In this document: one piece after another, positions 31,801-40,910 of the stretch | Position numbering within the stretch: position 1 is the stretch's first letter | Layout of the letters: each line of letters begins with the position of its first letter | IMG/VR virus record: IMGVR_UViG_3300028549_001461 | Location: 32,001 to 96,000 of that record | From: a virus | Strand: one strand, 5' to 3' | DNA: 64,000 nucleotides | Notes under the pieces: model-generated | Databases searched by the model: none | What the model was told of the DNA's origin: nothing | Seen by the model: the letters and a program-made list of their open reading frames with translations, nothing else | Made by a program: the position numbers and the translations under genes

Positions 31801-32669
31801 ATATTATGTACAGGGGTACAGGAAATCCTTTAACTATGTTTTTAGACCATATTCATATAAAAAGAAACACGTTTGAAACAACTGTTAAATACTCTAAAGG
31901 GTTGTGCTTAACATATCACGACTATCTCGCAGTGCCTTTATCTAACATTAATTTAGATAAGGGTTCTTTAGAATTTTGGGTTAGAATGGGTGTTGATACT
32001 TTAGGAAGAGATTCTTTTGGTAATATACATTCAGCCACACTATTCACATTAAGTAGTAATAATAACGATATGATGTCTTTACGGATAAAGCCAGGAAATT
32101 GGTTTGAAATATTTGCCGGTAATATAAGAAAACAAAGCTTATTTAATATTGAAAATTTACCCGCTAAAGCATATGTAAAGCGTGGGAGTTTAATACATAT
32201 AGGTATTGTTTGGAGTAATGATGGTGCTGGTAACCCTTATGGTAGGACTATACAATTGTTTATAAACGGTCTTGCTACGATGGTAAGTACAACTCAGTGG
32301 CAGGTTTCAGATACTAAATTATCTTTCTTTAAATTAGGTGGAGGTGTAACACAAACCTCACAAATATTTGATACACAAAGCAATTTTGTTTTTGAGAATA
32401 TAAAAATATATAATTATTGCAAAGAAAGTTTTTCTATAAATACACAAAATATAGATGAAGAGTACCTACTCACACCGGAGCATTTTATAGAGTTATCTAA
32501 AGATGGTCTTTCTTTTGTTGGTGTAGGCTCTACTGAATTACCTTTTATATATGAACAAGTTCCTAGTAAGGACTCTATAACGCTGCATGTTAGAACAAAT
32601 AAATATGGTAAATTTAAATCTAGTGCAAGCAACGCACAAGTATTAGTAAATTGGTTAATAACAGTATAG
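25860..32669 (+). CDS. Giant multidomain virion/tail protein, 2269 aa, with discoidin (F5/8C)-like and C-terminal LamG-like domains
   Basis: INIALNSTVSG...PEKVNDG...CW...YFEFG.EYNV...YARRALVEI...IREIEIF is discoidin-like. GSLEFWV...HIGIVWS...LFING...FENIKIYNY is LamG-like. Confidence 0.7.
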   Translation: MSYNFLKDAKSINNSTLCRYDSNSGYFTDFSNNGNVNGWTIYNNIYMYGCWNNILFGSAYLPECYIGRTEVFLSVNAENYFFIEFILKVVDENPSKVVKGLKRGKIMWQRTDDITWAEDRTIYFDITGINTWEYYKLNLGPYKWWQGDINNLRFYPFVDAHTGDKFFLKTLKIVSEDYWMCVNTSCSYYQFYDHPCQGAGRRFFCESVAKLPLYNILKGTNSELLIDIDNYGIERIELGNHVNISGNDLARVIGNSLSMINLGGYSFAQVDYTDNNTFKIYSGTNRFDSSVVLVYSEAAEELGFFNSKKESIYYTEVGEDPATGFDYASTKLLQTFEINALVNGSSDIAYIHNPSQYSVEGGRRDFNEIGTSNLISELNDVTGYVSFDNTGKTIIDLSKKIDNNGKISHFWVYGKLYTGASLKILRPHNDGSFSVVHSINLPMEDPTKLYTSNPIVSRVDCDVLVNKGDILGVYSVDIYVGQTASNLPDATFIQFNGDVSGRIYPDISYSYGVGGFAIYARGDLKQNNTILDIDLGYRLNVSEFTVSGEELEGFYEFNLASCLDVTWSVDLFGETHNHSGIYLYTGYGWTDTHTNIYYGKSCLDDLIVTADNGKAGDIYTQDNGLATSGDHSYFYVNGDCEWPYSLECTGLTEYCGGKLPQGGAYNYTTDPISFTLFFPAEHEFDVHKSIMYFKEENNFKNIALSTYGGSYHFSGNADKIEYDLIPEYKYIYINGVRYSLGDNDNIDRYLFKNPASNDLYSSYYTDESKTADHIATHFVDWNILSHEFEPIKCKGFRIYCNNHNSTKITELEVYSRIENDVSMVDNTILHFSDYKDIWRTTGFKKIDAKTTSAFIGGTPRYFRVYLESQTVFNMRELIISTTEQNYADNDLVLLEDTRQGTFGNSRALQVTNTYDKAFDLTIDIPRDLVNNNNIVFWNTLNSLEALKDSEFGPSCLLYKNLDYPIVYSRGQCANNCFSYALNNIASGKSAYYSYNNYDWFYYGTVSSGIPLNFDNTTYQGRNNYEGAITPVSSKFWRFVLLNSDRVIVLNDILVFYQSTRIPINKILLPDLTPGYGTSYISSDGSNIPTFYILKDSFSLGTWDEFSIFGSKNPTVSISNNTYMHILGRTGDINLSTYVFEGTNNFEFNIHYKIPYATTVNIPDDSSCKFEFYNNVSRKVFYLVWATTSAVANSSCNSSAHTFKIFFEDTQVYSNNSLGCYFNTAQINKICLRKAGNWVSLYLGEHIYITTFAYTGSDIITSFYFRVSSQITSIDIYRLDFIYKVLLSKNSWVSIELKDNTPLDKLQLIATGATLTLDTQTSTNNISYSSNNTIVLSKYDMFIRFVLDLVNRHSLSIVRNYGIGELFDISIHLDTIFSNTSGFISQAIFNSTYMDCRWLCIKIQCSDNIIKSIEKLGVYTDITKMYCLNGGYNNTWSNLPTNLTTYTPIINIALNSTVSGTTFYNDNIPEKVNDGMFTDYTTDACWAFEKGTNPKIYFEFGAEYNVGSFSIHPGYSPSIPKGFIKSYKFSLDNTPSGTSRTWSNICQVNDITTSSKITYNFNYRYARRALVEILDFDAVPVFLNDYNSFATNIFLGYIREIEIFSKEPLVYISSEDYPIVCLDLRDTFQVVDVKLYNSLVQGSNDLTNINNNYWDNNSEFISYSDSLVDIPHKAQFMRGQDYSIEYENNIDTGDLQYSIKYLIDTSIFIAKGHHYLDWYAYYATNVESVSIDLEGSVTITLYATNYGSGWKKQTSEFFIDSEGYFNIYARQNVDAEASWGVKDILMYRLFGLTKWVAVVRDTATNYSYDFQEGKFGPDFLDKIEVYGGDKYVPTEYWWWWRSDLAILSNDSVYTKVGKRSLKINYPAASSMDFLRLIEADHFGQDYGWSLSDSLSFYLFIDNINNIDVTFGKITLGSINGTTSDFYYWWDISNLNLITGWNKVVLNFYDYSGVYPINTTGYYTYIKSELNLQNNGRNITTFNIMYRGTGNPLTMFLDHIHIKRNTFETTVKYSKGLCLTYHDYLAVPLSNINLDKGSLEFWVRMGVDTLGRDSFGNIHSATLFTLSSNNNDMMSLRIKPGNWFEIFAGNIRKQSLFNIENLPAKAYVKRGSLIHIGIVWSNDGAGNPYGRTIQLFINGLATMVSTTQWQVSDTKLSFFKLGGGVTQTSQIFDTQSNFVFENIKIYNYCKESFSINTQNIDEEYLLTPEHFIELSKDGLSFVGVGSTELPFIYEQVPSKDSITLHVRTNKYGKFKSSASNAQVLVNWLITV

Positions 32670-32678
32670 GGGATATTA

Positions 32679-35600
32679 ATGGCTACATATAATATGATTA
32701 AAAATAGTTTCTTAACTTCTACAATTGTATCTGGTACTGGAAATTTATTTTTAACATCTGAAGAACTTAATTCTTTAATAAACAATAATATTACATCTTC
32801 TATGATTTCTTTAGAAGATACTGATGTTTTGTTTTTAGACGTAGATTTAGGTTACAGATTAAAGATTGACACCATATTTTTATATACTTCGGATTTAACT
32901 AAATTAGCTAATGTTAATTTTTATTTTAAGAATAATTCAGAGGAAGTTTACACTATATGTTCAAAGGATACTTCATCCACAGCTTACTTGGGAATTTTGC
33001 CCAGCCCTAAAGCACCAAGATACATAAGATGTACTGTTAGCGGTGTTGCTATGGATCTATATGAATTTCAAATATTAAACAATGATAATATAGTAGGTTT
33101 TGGGGAAGATGGTAATAGTACAGAAACTTTATTAAACGACGCTCCTCAAGGGTTTTTAGGAGAAATACAAGCTATAGATATATTTAATAATACTTTAGAA
33201 GACGAACCAGCAAATGCTTATGTGTGTGTGGATTACACAGCCACAGATGATGATACATATATAGATATTGCTGCTTCTTCTTCAGGCCCTTTTGTAAATA
33301 TATTAGATGGTACTATTACTAATTTTACTACAAAAGGTGTACATAATAATACAAAATCAGTTATTTTTAATGCGAAAGAATCTATTCAGATAGATTTAAA
33401 AACACCTATAGACAATACACATCCTTATTACATAGGACAACTTCCACTAACTACTTGTGATTATCCTTCTACTCCTCTTGGTTTTAGACACGCTACAACA
33501 TATGACCATATAAATAAACGTATTTATACTGCCTTTTGGCTTGGAGATAGTGATACTGGTGCCGCTATTAATTTATGGTATTACAATATACTTCTTAATA
33601 CATGGGTGTTTAGAGGTAGCTTGGCTAGTGCAAGTTGGCATGCCTCTTTTACAAAAATTTGTTGTGATGCTTCTAAAGTTTACTTTGTTAGCGGCCTCGA
33701 ATACACCTCTTTAGCTGTTTATTATCATGAATTGTCTGGAGAATTGAATAATTTAACAAAACTTGTTGATCTACCAGATCTTTTTAATACTTCTACAGCA
33801 ACAGCTGTGTCTGATTTTAATAATAATTTATATGTACTATTCAATAGTAATCCTTACTATAACCAACGGAAATTTATAAAAATTGATGCTACTACTGGTG
33901 CTATAACAGATTTAAGCACCAGTTATATAGCTCCTCAATATGACGCTACTGCGTCTTTAATAACATATGATTATGTAAGTAATAAAATTTACGTATTAAT
34001 AGCTTATTTTATGGGTGGTGATTCTGTAACTAATAATTACTATATACAAGAATACACTGTAGCCAGTAATACGTGGATAACCCAGTTTTTTAATTATGGT
34101 GACAGAATTTACAGAGATCATGAACTCATTTATTTTTTCTGTCATAATAGAAGCCTATATTTTTATTCACATAAATACAACGGTAAAGTATATAAATATA
34201 ATATGTTAACTGATATTGTTACATATATAAATACCGAGATTGTTTTGTCCTCGTCATCGAGTAATTGTGCTGGTTTTGTAGTTACAGAAGCGCAAGATTC
34301 TTTGTCCGACGTGTCTTTTTATATTTTGGGCGGCACAGTTACAATGCCCTTTTCATTATACGGTTATAATACTACATTCTCACTTTTAGGTTCTAACGCT
34401 TTCTATGTAAACAGGTCTGGTATTTACACATCTGATATTATATCTTTGGCTGATAAAAATTTAGCAAGTTATTTTTGTATTAGAAACACCTCTTTATTAG
34501 GTAAAACTAGTGTTAGTACAGACGTTAACTTACATGATGGTTTGATAGAGATTAGAAGTAGTGACATACCCCCAACGCCCAAAAATATTGTTATGTGGCT
34601 TGTTAGACAGCCAAGTTCACATAGCGCTTTTAAAGTGCTTATATATGACACAAATACAAATCAGACAAGTGTTACTTCCGCGACTTTATCTATGTCTGGT
34701 TGGAGTGATGATACCGGTAAATTATGTGTAAATCAAAGTACAGGAAATTTTGTATTTGTCCAATCCTACTCCACTACAATTAATGTTAGGTTTTTGGATC
34801 GCACGGGCTCTTATTTCAGATCTTTTAATTTCGAGACAACAAGTTCTTCCCCTGATGTTGACTATGATATTGATCCATTGGATGGTGTATGGGTATTTCA
34901 AAAAACTAATTTTTCATTTTATCACTACACTACTTGGGGCTCATCAATAGGTTCTAAAGTTATTGCTGGTTTGTACCATTTTTCTGCATGTAAAATTTCT
35001 GACGGTATTTGGTTTGTTGATAGTGTAGCTAAAGCGCTGGTAAAAGCAGATAGATATCTTAATGCTATATACACTATAAATTTGTTGGGCTTGGGGAGAG
35101 TGTGCACTAATTATGATGATAGTTGTTGGGTTATAGATAACGCTGATGTTGTTTATAAAAATACTGTAAAACATTATAGCGCTGAAGGTGAGTTACAACA
35201 TACTATTTCTACAGATGTTGCTTTTTCTTTAATATCTACAGATTTTGATGGAGGTTTTTATGCTTTAAGTACGAGTAGCACACCTCCTGTTTTAAAACAC
35301 TATGATGGCAATGGTAATCTACTTATGACGGTTTCTGGATTAACTTATGATACCAGTATATGTGGAGGTCGTTATGGTGTTGTACTTCATTCTTCTAGTT
35401 TACTTAGAATTAGATATATTTCAAATGCTACTAAATCTATAATATGGACTAAATGGTATTCAGAATTATACACAGGTAGTGACTCTTACACCTTGAGTTA
35501 TGTTCCAGCTATTCTTTCTTTTGCGTTAGAAGACCAGAATAATTTTTTAGACGCTCCTAAAATTATACCGCAAAGTACCGAAGTTTACTGGGGTAATAGT

Positions 35601-35870
35601 GAGGACTCATTAGATTGGCAAATAGTACCTAAAGATGGCTATTTTTTACCTAAGGTTAGATACCATCAGCTTAGACTTACTTTAAGAAATTTTGATGGTA
35701 TCAGTACACCTATTGTACACAGTATAGTTTTAGCACCAGCTGTATTGATTTCAGATATTCCACCACAACAGAGTAAGCCTTTATTTATTAGATCCAATAT
35801 TCCAGCTGGTCAGCCAATTTCTCAACTAAACACAAGGATTAAAGTTTGGTGGGATGTGAAAGAAAATTAA
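32679..35870 (+). CDS. Virion/tail protein with beta-propeller (kelch/NHL-like) regions, 1063 aa
   Basis: Repeating YD....KIY / YN...NTW blades and DG.W..D / HY...G.L blades; scaffold shared with ORF 25860. Confidence 0.6.
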   Translation: MATYNMIKNSFLTSTIVSGTGNLFLTSEELNSLINNNITSSMISLEDTDVLFLDVDLGYRLKIDTIFLYTSDLTKLANVNFYFKNNSEEVYTICSKDTSSTAYLGILPSPKAPRYIRCTVSGVAMDLYEFQILNNDNIVGFGEDGNSTETLLNDAPQGFLGEIQAIDIFNNTLEDEPANAYVCVDYTATDDDTYIDIAASSSGPFVNILDGTITNFTTKGVHNNTKSVIFNAKESIQIDLKTPIDNTHPYYIGQLPLTTCDYPSTPLGFRHATTYDHINKRIYTAFWLGDSDTGAAINLWYYNILLNTWVFRGSLASASWHASFTKICCDASKVYFVSGLEYTSLAVYYHELSGELNNLTKLVDLPDLFNTSTATAVSDFNNNLYVLFNSNPYYNQRKFIKIDATTGAITDLSTSYIAPQYDATASLITYDYVSNKIYVLIAYFMGGDSVTNNYYIQEYTVASNTWITQFFNYGDRIYRDHELIYFFCHNRSLYFYSHKYNGKVYKYNMLTDIVTYINTEIVLSSSSSNCAGFVVTEAQDSLSDVSFYILGGTVTMPFSLYGYNTTFSLLGSNAFYVNRSGIYTSDIISLADKNLASYFCIRNTSLLGKTSVSTDVNLHDGLIEIRSSDIPPTPKNIVMWLVRQPSSHSAFKVLIYDTNTNQTSVTSATLSMSGWSDDTGKLCVNQSTGNFVFVQSYSTTINVRFLDRTGSYFRSFNFETTSSSPDVDYDIDPLDGVWVFQKTNFSFYHYTTWGSSIGSKVIAGLYHFSACKISDGIWFVDSVAKALVKADRYLNAIYTINLLGLGRVCTNYDDSCWVIDNADVVYKNTVKHYSAEGELQHTISTDVAFSLISTDFDGGFYALSTSSTPPVLKHYDGNGNLLMTVSGLTYDTSICGGRYGVVLHSSSLLRIRYISNATKSIIWTKWYSELYTGSDSYTLSYVPAILSFALEDQNNFLDAPKIIPQSTEVYWGNSEDSLDWQIVPKDGYFLPKVRYHQLRLTLRNFDGISTPIVHSIVLAPAVLISDIPPQQSKPLFIRSNIPAGQPISQLNTRIKVWWDVKEN

Positions 35871-35904
35871 TATGAGTATATTTAAAATTATACGTATATA
35901 AACT

Positions 35905-38781
35905 ATGACATCATATAGACCACCCACTGGTAGTTTATTTTTTAATTTTACAGATTCTGGTTATACACCACCGGACTTTTTAAATATTAATTTTACGTAT
36001 ATATCTGAAAAGACTTCAGATTTACAGGCAGCTATAACAGTATCACAGCTTTATAATGATTCTACTCACACATATGTTAAATCATGTAGAAAAATAGTTG
36101 TTGGTTATTCAAATGCTGGTGTACAGACTATAACACTGCCTTGTTTATTTGGTGGTATAAGAGACTTAGCTTCATACATCCAGGTATCAGGAGACATATA
36201 TTCTGGTTCTTTAGATTTGAATATAGATATTTTCGCAAAAGTGTTTTACACATTTGATTTAGAAGCTAATATTTTTAGTAAGCCTTTTTACACATTTGAT
36301 TTAAGCTCTATAATTAAACCACAAAAAAGAAGTTCTTTTTCTTTGGAATCTATTTTAAATATTATAGAACTGAGAGATCTACCAACCAGCATTAGATCAC
36401 AGAGACAAAGTTTATATGACTTGATAGCGAGTGTTGCACCACAAAAAAGAGATTACTATGATTTAACTTCCAGTTTGAACATAATAGAAATAAAAAATCT
36501 ACCTGTAAGTGTCAGGGCACTAAGAAAATCTCACTATAATTTACTTGCAGGTATTAGATCACAAAAACAAGGCTTACATGATTTACTTTCAAGTATTAAA
36601 CCACAGAAGAGAAGCTACTATGACTTAAATTCTGATTTAAATATTATAGAGTTAAGGAATTTACCAGCAAGTGTCAGGGCACTTAGAAAAAGTGTGTTCA
36701 ACTTACTAGCTGGTATTAGAACTCAGAAACAAGATTTGTATGATTTGAGTGCACTTGTTGACACACAAAAGAGAAGTTTCCATGATTTAACTTCCGCTTT
36801 AAATATTATAGAGTTAAGGAATTTACCTGCGAGTATAAGAGCTCGTATTAAAGCTTTGTTTGATTTACAAGCAAATGTAGCACCAGCGTATCCTTATGAT
36901 TTAAATGCTATTTTAAATGTAATAGAACTACGTGATTTACCAACAAGTATTAGAGTGCAAAAAAGAGGTTTATTTAATTTACTTGCTGGTATTAGGCCAC
37001 AAAAACAAGCCTTATATGATTTAATTGCAGGTATTAGAGTACAGAAAAAAGGCGCCTACGACTTATTAACATATACTAGTATAACACAACCTGTAGATTT
37101 ACTATCTTTTTTAAATATTATAGAATTAAGAGATTTGCAAAGTAGTATTATTGGTATTTTATTTAAAGGCACTTCTGATTTAACTGCAGGTTTTGGTAGA
37201 ATAACGTTTAAAAATAGGTCTAATTTATTAGCCAATGTGAGAGGTTGGTCTATAAATGACTTGCCTTCTTTTATAGGTTCAGTACATGCAGATGATTTAG
37301 AAACTCATATTTTTGGTTTTTATAGAGTTTTTAAAAATTTACCTAGTTATGTTGTAAGCATACCTCCTGCAAATTTAAGAGTTGATTTGCATAGTTACGA
37401 CTTAGCTAATTTGAATGCTTTTACTATTGTAGGTTATCAACCAAATGATTTACCTGCAAATATTACAACAGTAAAACCTAAAGAATTAATAGCCTACATT
37501 TACGGCTTAGCCGCTTCAAGTGTTTCTGTAGATCTACAGGCAACTATACATGGATTTTTTATTAGGGATTTAACAACATATATAGGCGCTATTTCTGCAG
37601 CTAATCTATATGCTGATATAAATGCTGTTGGTAAATACCTAGACTTAATAGCTTACATAGTTCCTAAAACTATTAACATAAAAAAAATACTAAGTATTTC
37701 TTTGTATGAACATTATGATTTGAAAGCCAGTATAAATTATAATTGTTTAAAATCTAGTTTTTCTGATTTCTCTGTTTCTTTATATCCTATTAATAGGTTA
37801 GATTTAAAAGCTTATATTATAGGTTGGTTTGGTGATAAGGCCGATAATTTGTTGGATTTGAGAGCTTATATAAATTTTTCAGATTACCAGGAAACTAACT
37901 ATATAAACATACATGCAGATATATATGAAAAAAATGCTTTATTCATAAACCACTCTATTAAGATAAAAGATCAAACTAAATTTTATAAAGTTACTGACAC
38001 ACATTCTATAAACTTATTAAACTCTTCTCATATTTTATCTGCTTATATTAAGGGTATACTAGAAAGTAAAGATTTGTTAGGGTATATTACAGCCCTTCCT
38101 ATAGCTAATTTCACCACACTCCCTAGTTGGGTAAATCCTCAAACCTATGAAGTATTAATTAATCTAAATAGATTTGAAGAACGTTGGTACAGATTTGTTG
38201 AAATGATGTTTTTTACAAATTCTGAAAATGAATATCATTTCTTCTATGTACCAGAAGAAGATAAGGTTTATAAACTTGATAGAAATAGAACTTGGAAAAT
38301 ACAGCTTTTAGGTTTTTCTGAAGATACTGAGAATATTTACTTTAGAAATAAGACTATTAAAAAATTTCTTTTTAAATTAGACAACTATGCTACTTTTGAT
38401 GAAGCTTTAAGTGATTTAATTGACAGAGTATCCGTGAATAAGTACACTGATTTAACAGCTTATTTACAAACGTATACATACCCATCCTCAGATTTAAGTA
38501 CCACCATAAATGTTAAAAAAATACGTTCTTGGTCATTGTCGTGCAAGGCAGTTGTTAAATGTAATCAACGTTCACATACTGTTTTGTTTTCACAAATTAC
38601 ACCTGAACTAAACCACGGGTTAAATAATCTAACTGCTTCTATAGTAGGTAAAGCTTACGAACCACCAGCAGACCCAACAAATATAAAATTTATTTTTGAT
38701 GATGATACTTTTGTTGCTCCTGGATCGTATAATAATATGAATTGGACTTATAAACAAGCAGAAGATTTTTGGAAGGAATAG
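35905..38781 (+). CDS. Repeat-rich putative fibre/structural protein, 958 aa
   Basis: Dozens of 12-14-aa (D/N)L-x-(A/S)-x-(I/V) units. Confidence 0.6.
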   Translation: MTSYRPPTGSLFFNFTDSGYTPPDFLNINFTYISEKTSDLQAAITVSQLYNDSTHTYVKSCRKIVVGYSNAGVQTITLPCLFGGIRDLASYIQVSGDIYSGSLDLNIDIFAKVFYTFDLEANIFSKPFYTFDLSSIIKPQKRSSFSLESILNIIELRDLPTSIRSQRQSLYDLIASVAPQKRDYYDLTSSLNIIEIKNLPVSVRALRKSHYNLLAGIRSQKQGLHDLLSSIKPQKRSYYDLNSDLNIIELRNLPASVRALRKSVFNLLAGIRTQKQDLYDLSALVDTQKRSFHDLTSALNIIELRNLPASIRARIKALFDLQANVAPAYPYDLNAILNVIELRDLPTSIRVQKRGLFNLLAGIRPQKQALYDLIAGIRVQKKGAYDLLTYTSITQPVDLLSFLNIIELRDLQSSIIGILFKGTSDLTAGFGRITFKNRSNLLANVRGWSINDLPSFIGSVHADDLETHIFGFYRVFKNLPSYVVSIPPANLRVDLHSYDLANLNAFTIVGYQPNDLPANITTVKPKELIAYIYGLAASSVSVDLQATIHGFFIRDLTTYIGAISAANLYADINAVGKYLDLIAYIVPKTINIKKILSISLYEHYDLKASINYNCLKSSFSDFSVSLYPINRLDLKAYIIGWFGDKADNLLDLRAYINFSDYQETNYINIHADIYEKNALFINHSIKIKDQTKFYKVTDTHSINLLNSSHILSAYIKGILESKDLLGYITALPIANFTTLPSWVNPQTYEVLINLNRFEERWYRFVEMMFFTNSENEYHFFYVPEEDKVYKLDRNRTWKIQLLGFSEDTENIYFRNKTIKKFLFKLDNYATFDEALSDLIDRVSVNKYTDLTAYLQTYTYPSSDLSTTINVKKIRSWSLSCKAVVKCNQRSHTVLFSQITPELNHGLNNLTASIVGKAYEPPADPTNIKFIFDDDTFVAPGSYNNMNWTYKQAEDFWKE
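36355..37150 (+). repeat. Higher-order coding repeats (six LN(I/V)IE(L/I)(R/K)(D/N)L blocks)
   Basis: Exact 30-nt copy tttaaatattatagagttaaggaatttacc at 36636 and 36798 (162 nt = 54 aa apart), plus degenerate copies. Confidence 0.9.
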
Positions 38782-38788
38782 GGGACAT

Positions 38789-40447
38789 ATGAGTTTACTT
38801 TTTTTTGATAGTTTTAAAAATTATACTTTCTTACCCTTGAAATGGGATGACACAACTACTTTTTGTCAATTCTCCATAAAAAACTCTATGGGTAGAAAAG
38901 GTGGCCAAGCTTTAGCCTTAACTCGCGGCTATACTGAAATATTACGAGATTACTTAGGTAAGATTTTAGACACTAATCATCAAGAACTTATTGTTGGTTT
39001 TGCTTTTAAAAGATTCGATAATGTTGGTGATTTTTTGGAAGTGTCTTTTTGTGAAGATGGTACGTATCAAGAAGTAGTGTATATACACAGCAATGGTGTG
39101 AGTTGCTCAACTAATTTTTATTCTAAAGCTTCAGGTGTTTTTTACGGTTTTAAAGCTAATGTTTGGTATTATATAGAAATTAAAATTAAATGTCATCCTA
39201 CAGCTGGAGAAGTTGTTGTTAAAGTAAATGAGCATACAGTATTACATTATATGGATTTAAACACAGCTTCTTCTACTAATGCATATTGCAATGAAGTAAG
39301 GCTTAGTGTTAATATACAGACTATAACTAATTTAGATTTTGCATGCATTGAAGACATATACATAGCTAACACAGCTGGTTCAGTGAACAATGATTTTCTG
39401 GGTAACTGCGAAATTAAAGTTTCTTATCCTATTGGCCAAGGAAGTTTTTATGACTTTCTTCCCTCACCTTCTTTTTCAGGTTCGGCGAATTATGCCATAG
39501 TTAATAATGCCGTTCATACAAGCGACCTTACTAAATACTCCAGTATTTTTTATGAGTACGATAGTTTAGATGATGGTAGTTATATGTGGCAACAACCAGA
39601 CCATACATTCAATAACACTTCTACCATGGTTCCTAGTACTACTTGTTATATAAATAGTGGTTATATAAGTACTTCTTATCAATGGTTTAGGTTTTCTAAT
39701 ATTAATATACCGAAAAATGCTAAGATAAGTCAAGCTTACTTAATTTTGAATTTAGTAAATGACCCTTTTGGTAGCGGTTCAGCTTTAACACAGAATATTT
39801 ATTTACATAAAAGTGGTTTACCTGCTTCTCAGATTTTATCTCATACTGACCTTTTTAATAGACCATACACATACATAAAATATACTGCAAATACAACGTT
39901 TTCTATATCAAATAAAGACATAAGTAGTTCTTTACAAGAGCTGGTAGACTTACCAGATTGGCAACAAAACGATAATAGTATATTAGTTGTAGCAGATATT
40001 AGATACTATACTAATAACTTGGGTAATTATACTAAACAATTTACTTCTTATGACGCTAATAATAACCCATATCATAGTAATTCTCCTAAGTTTTTTGTAG
40101 AGTGGTACATTCCTGGTGAAGACAGTGGTAAATATTTGTATACAGGTGATTTTAACATCACAGATACGTACACAATGTCAACATGTTCTGGTGTGACTGA
40201 TATTAAGGCTATTGGTCTTAATACACTAACCAGAAGAGATTTTGATTTAGATACATTTAATGATAAGTATTTAAGGTCTACCGTAATTTCAGGTTCAAAT
40301 ACTTATCTTGGTTCAAACAAGTTACCTTCTAATATCTCATATAAATTTTCTCAAAATGTTTTAGAAGAAGACCCTGTAGTTTATGCACCCTGGCAGGATA
40401 ATTTTTTAGAAGATAAAGAATTTGGTTTTACAACTGTATCAGGTTAA
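38789..40447 (+). CDS. Putative tail-associated protein with a lectin-like N-terminus and an inserted module
   Basis: MSLLFFDSF...WYYIEIK...GEVVVKVN...IEDIYI...NNDFLG is a recurrent phage minor-tail pattern; internal FRFSNINIPKNAKISQAYL insert. Confidence 0.55.
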   Translation: MSLLFFDSFKNYTFLPLKWDDTTTFCQFSIKNSMGRKGGQALALTRGYTEILRDYLGKILDTNHQELIVGFAFKRFDNVGDFLEVSFCEDGTYQEVVYIHSNGVSCSTNFYSKASGVFYGFKANVWYYIEIKIKCHPTAGEVVVKVNEHTVLHYMDLNTASSTNAYCNEVRLSVNIQTITNLDFACIEDIYIANTAGSVNNDFLGNCEIKVSYPIGQGSFYDFLPSPSFSGSANYAIVNNAVHTSDLTKYSSIFYEYDSLDDGSYMWQQPDHTFNNTSTMVPSTTCYINSGYISTSYQWFRFSNINIPKNAKISQAYLILNLVNDPFGSGSALTQNIYLHKSGLPASQILSHTDLFNRPYTYIKYTANTTFSISNKDISSSLQELVDLPDWQQNDNSILVVADIRYYTNNLGNYTKQFTSYDANNNPYHSNSPKFFVEWYIPGEDSGKYLYTGDFNITDTYTMSTCSGVTDIKAIGLNTLTRRDFDLDTFNDKYLRSTVISGSNTYLGSNKLPSNISYKFSQNVLEEDPVVYAPWQDNFLEDKEFGFTTVSG

Positions 40448-40450
40448 TAA

Positions 40451-40888
40451 ATGGAAAATATAAAAATTTCTAAATCTGATTTAGAGATACTACATGATAA
40501 TAAAGATTTAGTTGATAGTTCTACATATATTTCTGATTTTAACTTAGAGATTTTAAATGACTCAACTGAATTATATGCAACTTCAGTTTACACTTCTAAT
40601 TTTAGTATAGAAATTTTACATAAAGGGGAATACATAGAATATGAGGAGACTGATAATACATTAGGCTTCTTTGCTGGCATTGTTTTCGACAAAGAATTAC
40701 CTGTTAGAAGAAAACTTTTTGCTTTTGATAGTATTACTAAGTTACTTGTAGGTTCTTGTATTTCTAATAACGATGGTAATTTTTTATTACACACTACAAT
40801 TAGTGGTTCTTGTTATATAGTGTGCGCTTCAGAAGATTTGGTGTACAACCATTTGGTGGCTGCTTCAGTTATTCCAGCTCTGATTTAA
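40451..40888 (+). CDS. Small tail-associated protein
   Basis: Three S.(L/F).(L/I)EIL repeats; C-terminal PVRRKLFAFD..T..LVG...S..DGNF module also ends ORF 40911. Confidence 0.55.
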   Translation: MENIKISKSDLEILHDNKDLVDSSTYISDFNLEILNDSTELYATSVYTSNFSIEILHKGEYIEYEETDNTLGFFAGIVFDKELPVRRKLFAFDSITKLLVGSCISNNDGNFLLHTTISGSCYIVCASEDLVYNHLVAASVIPALI

Positions 40889-40910
40889 TTTATAATAAGG
40901 GAAATAAAGT

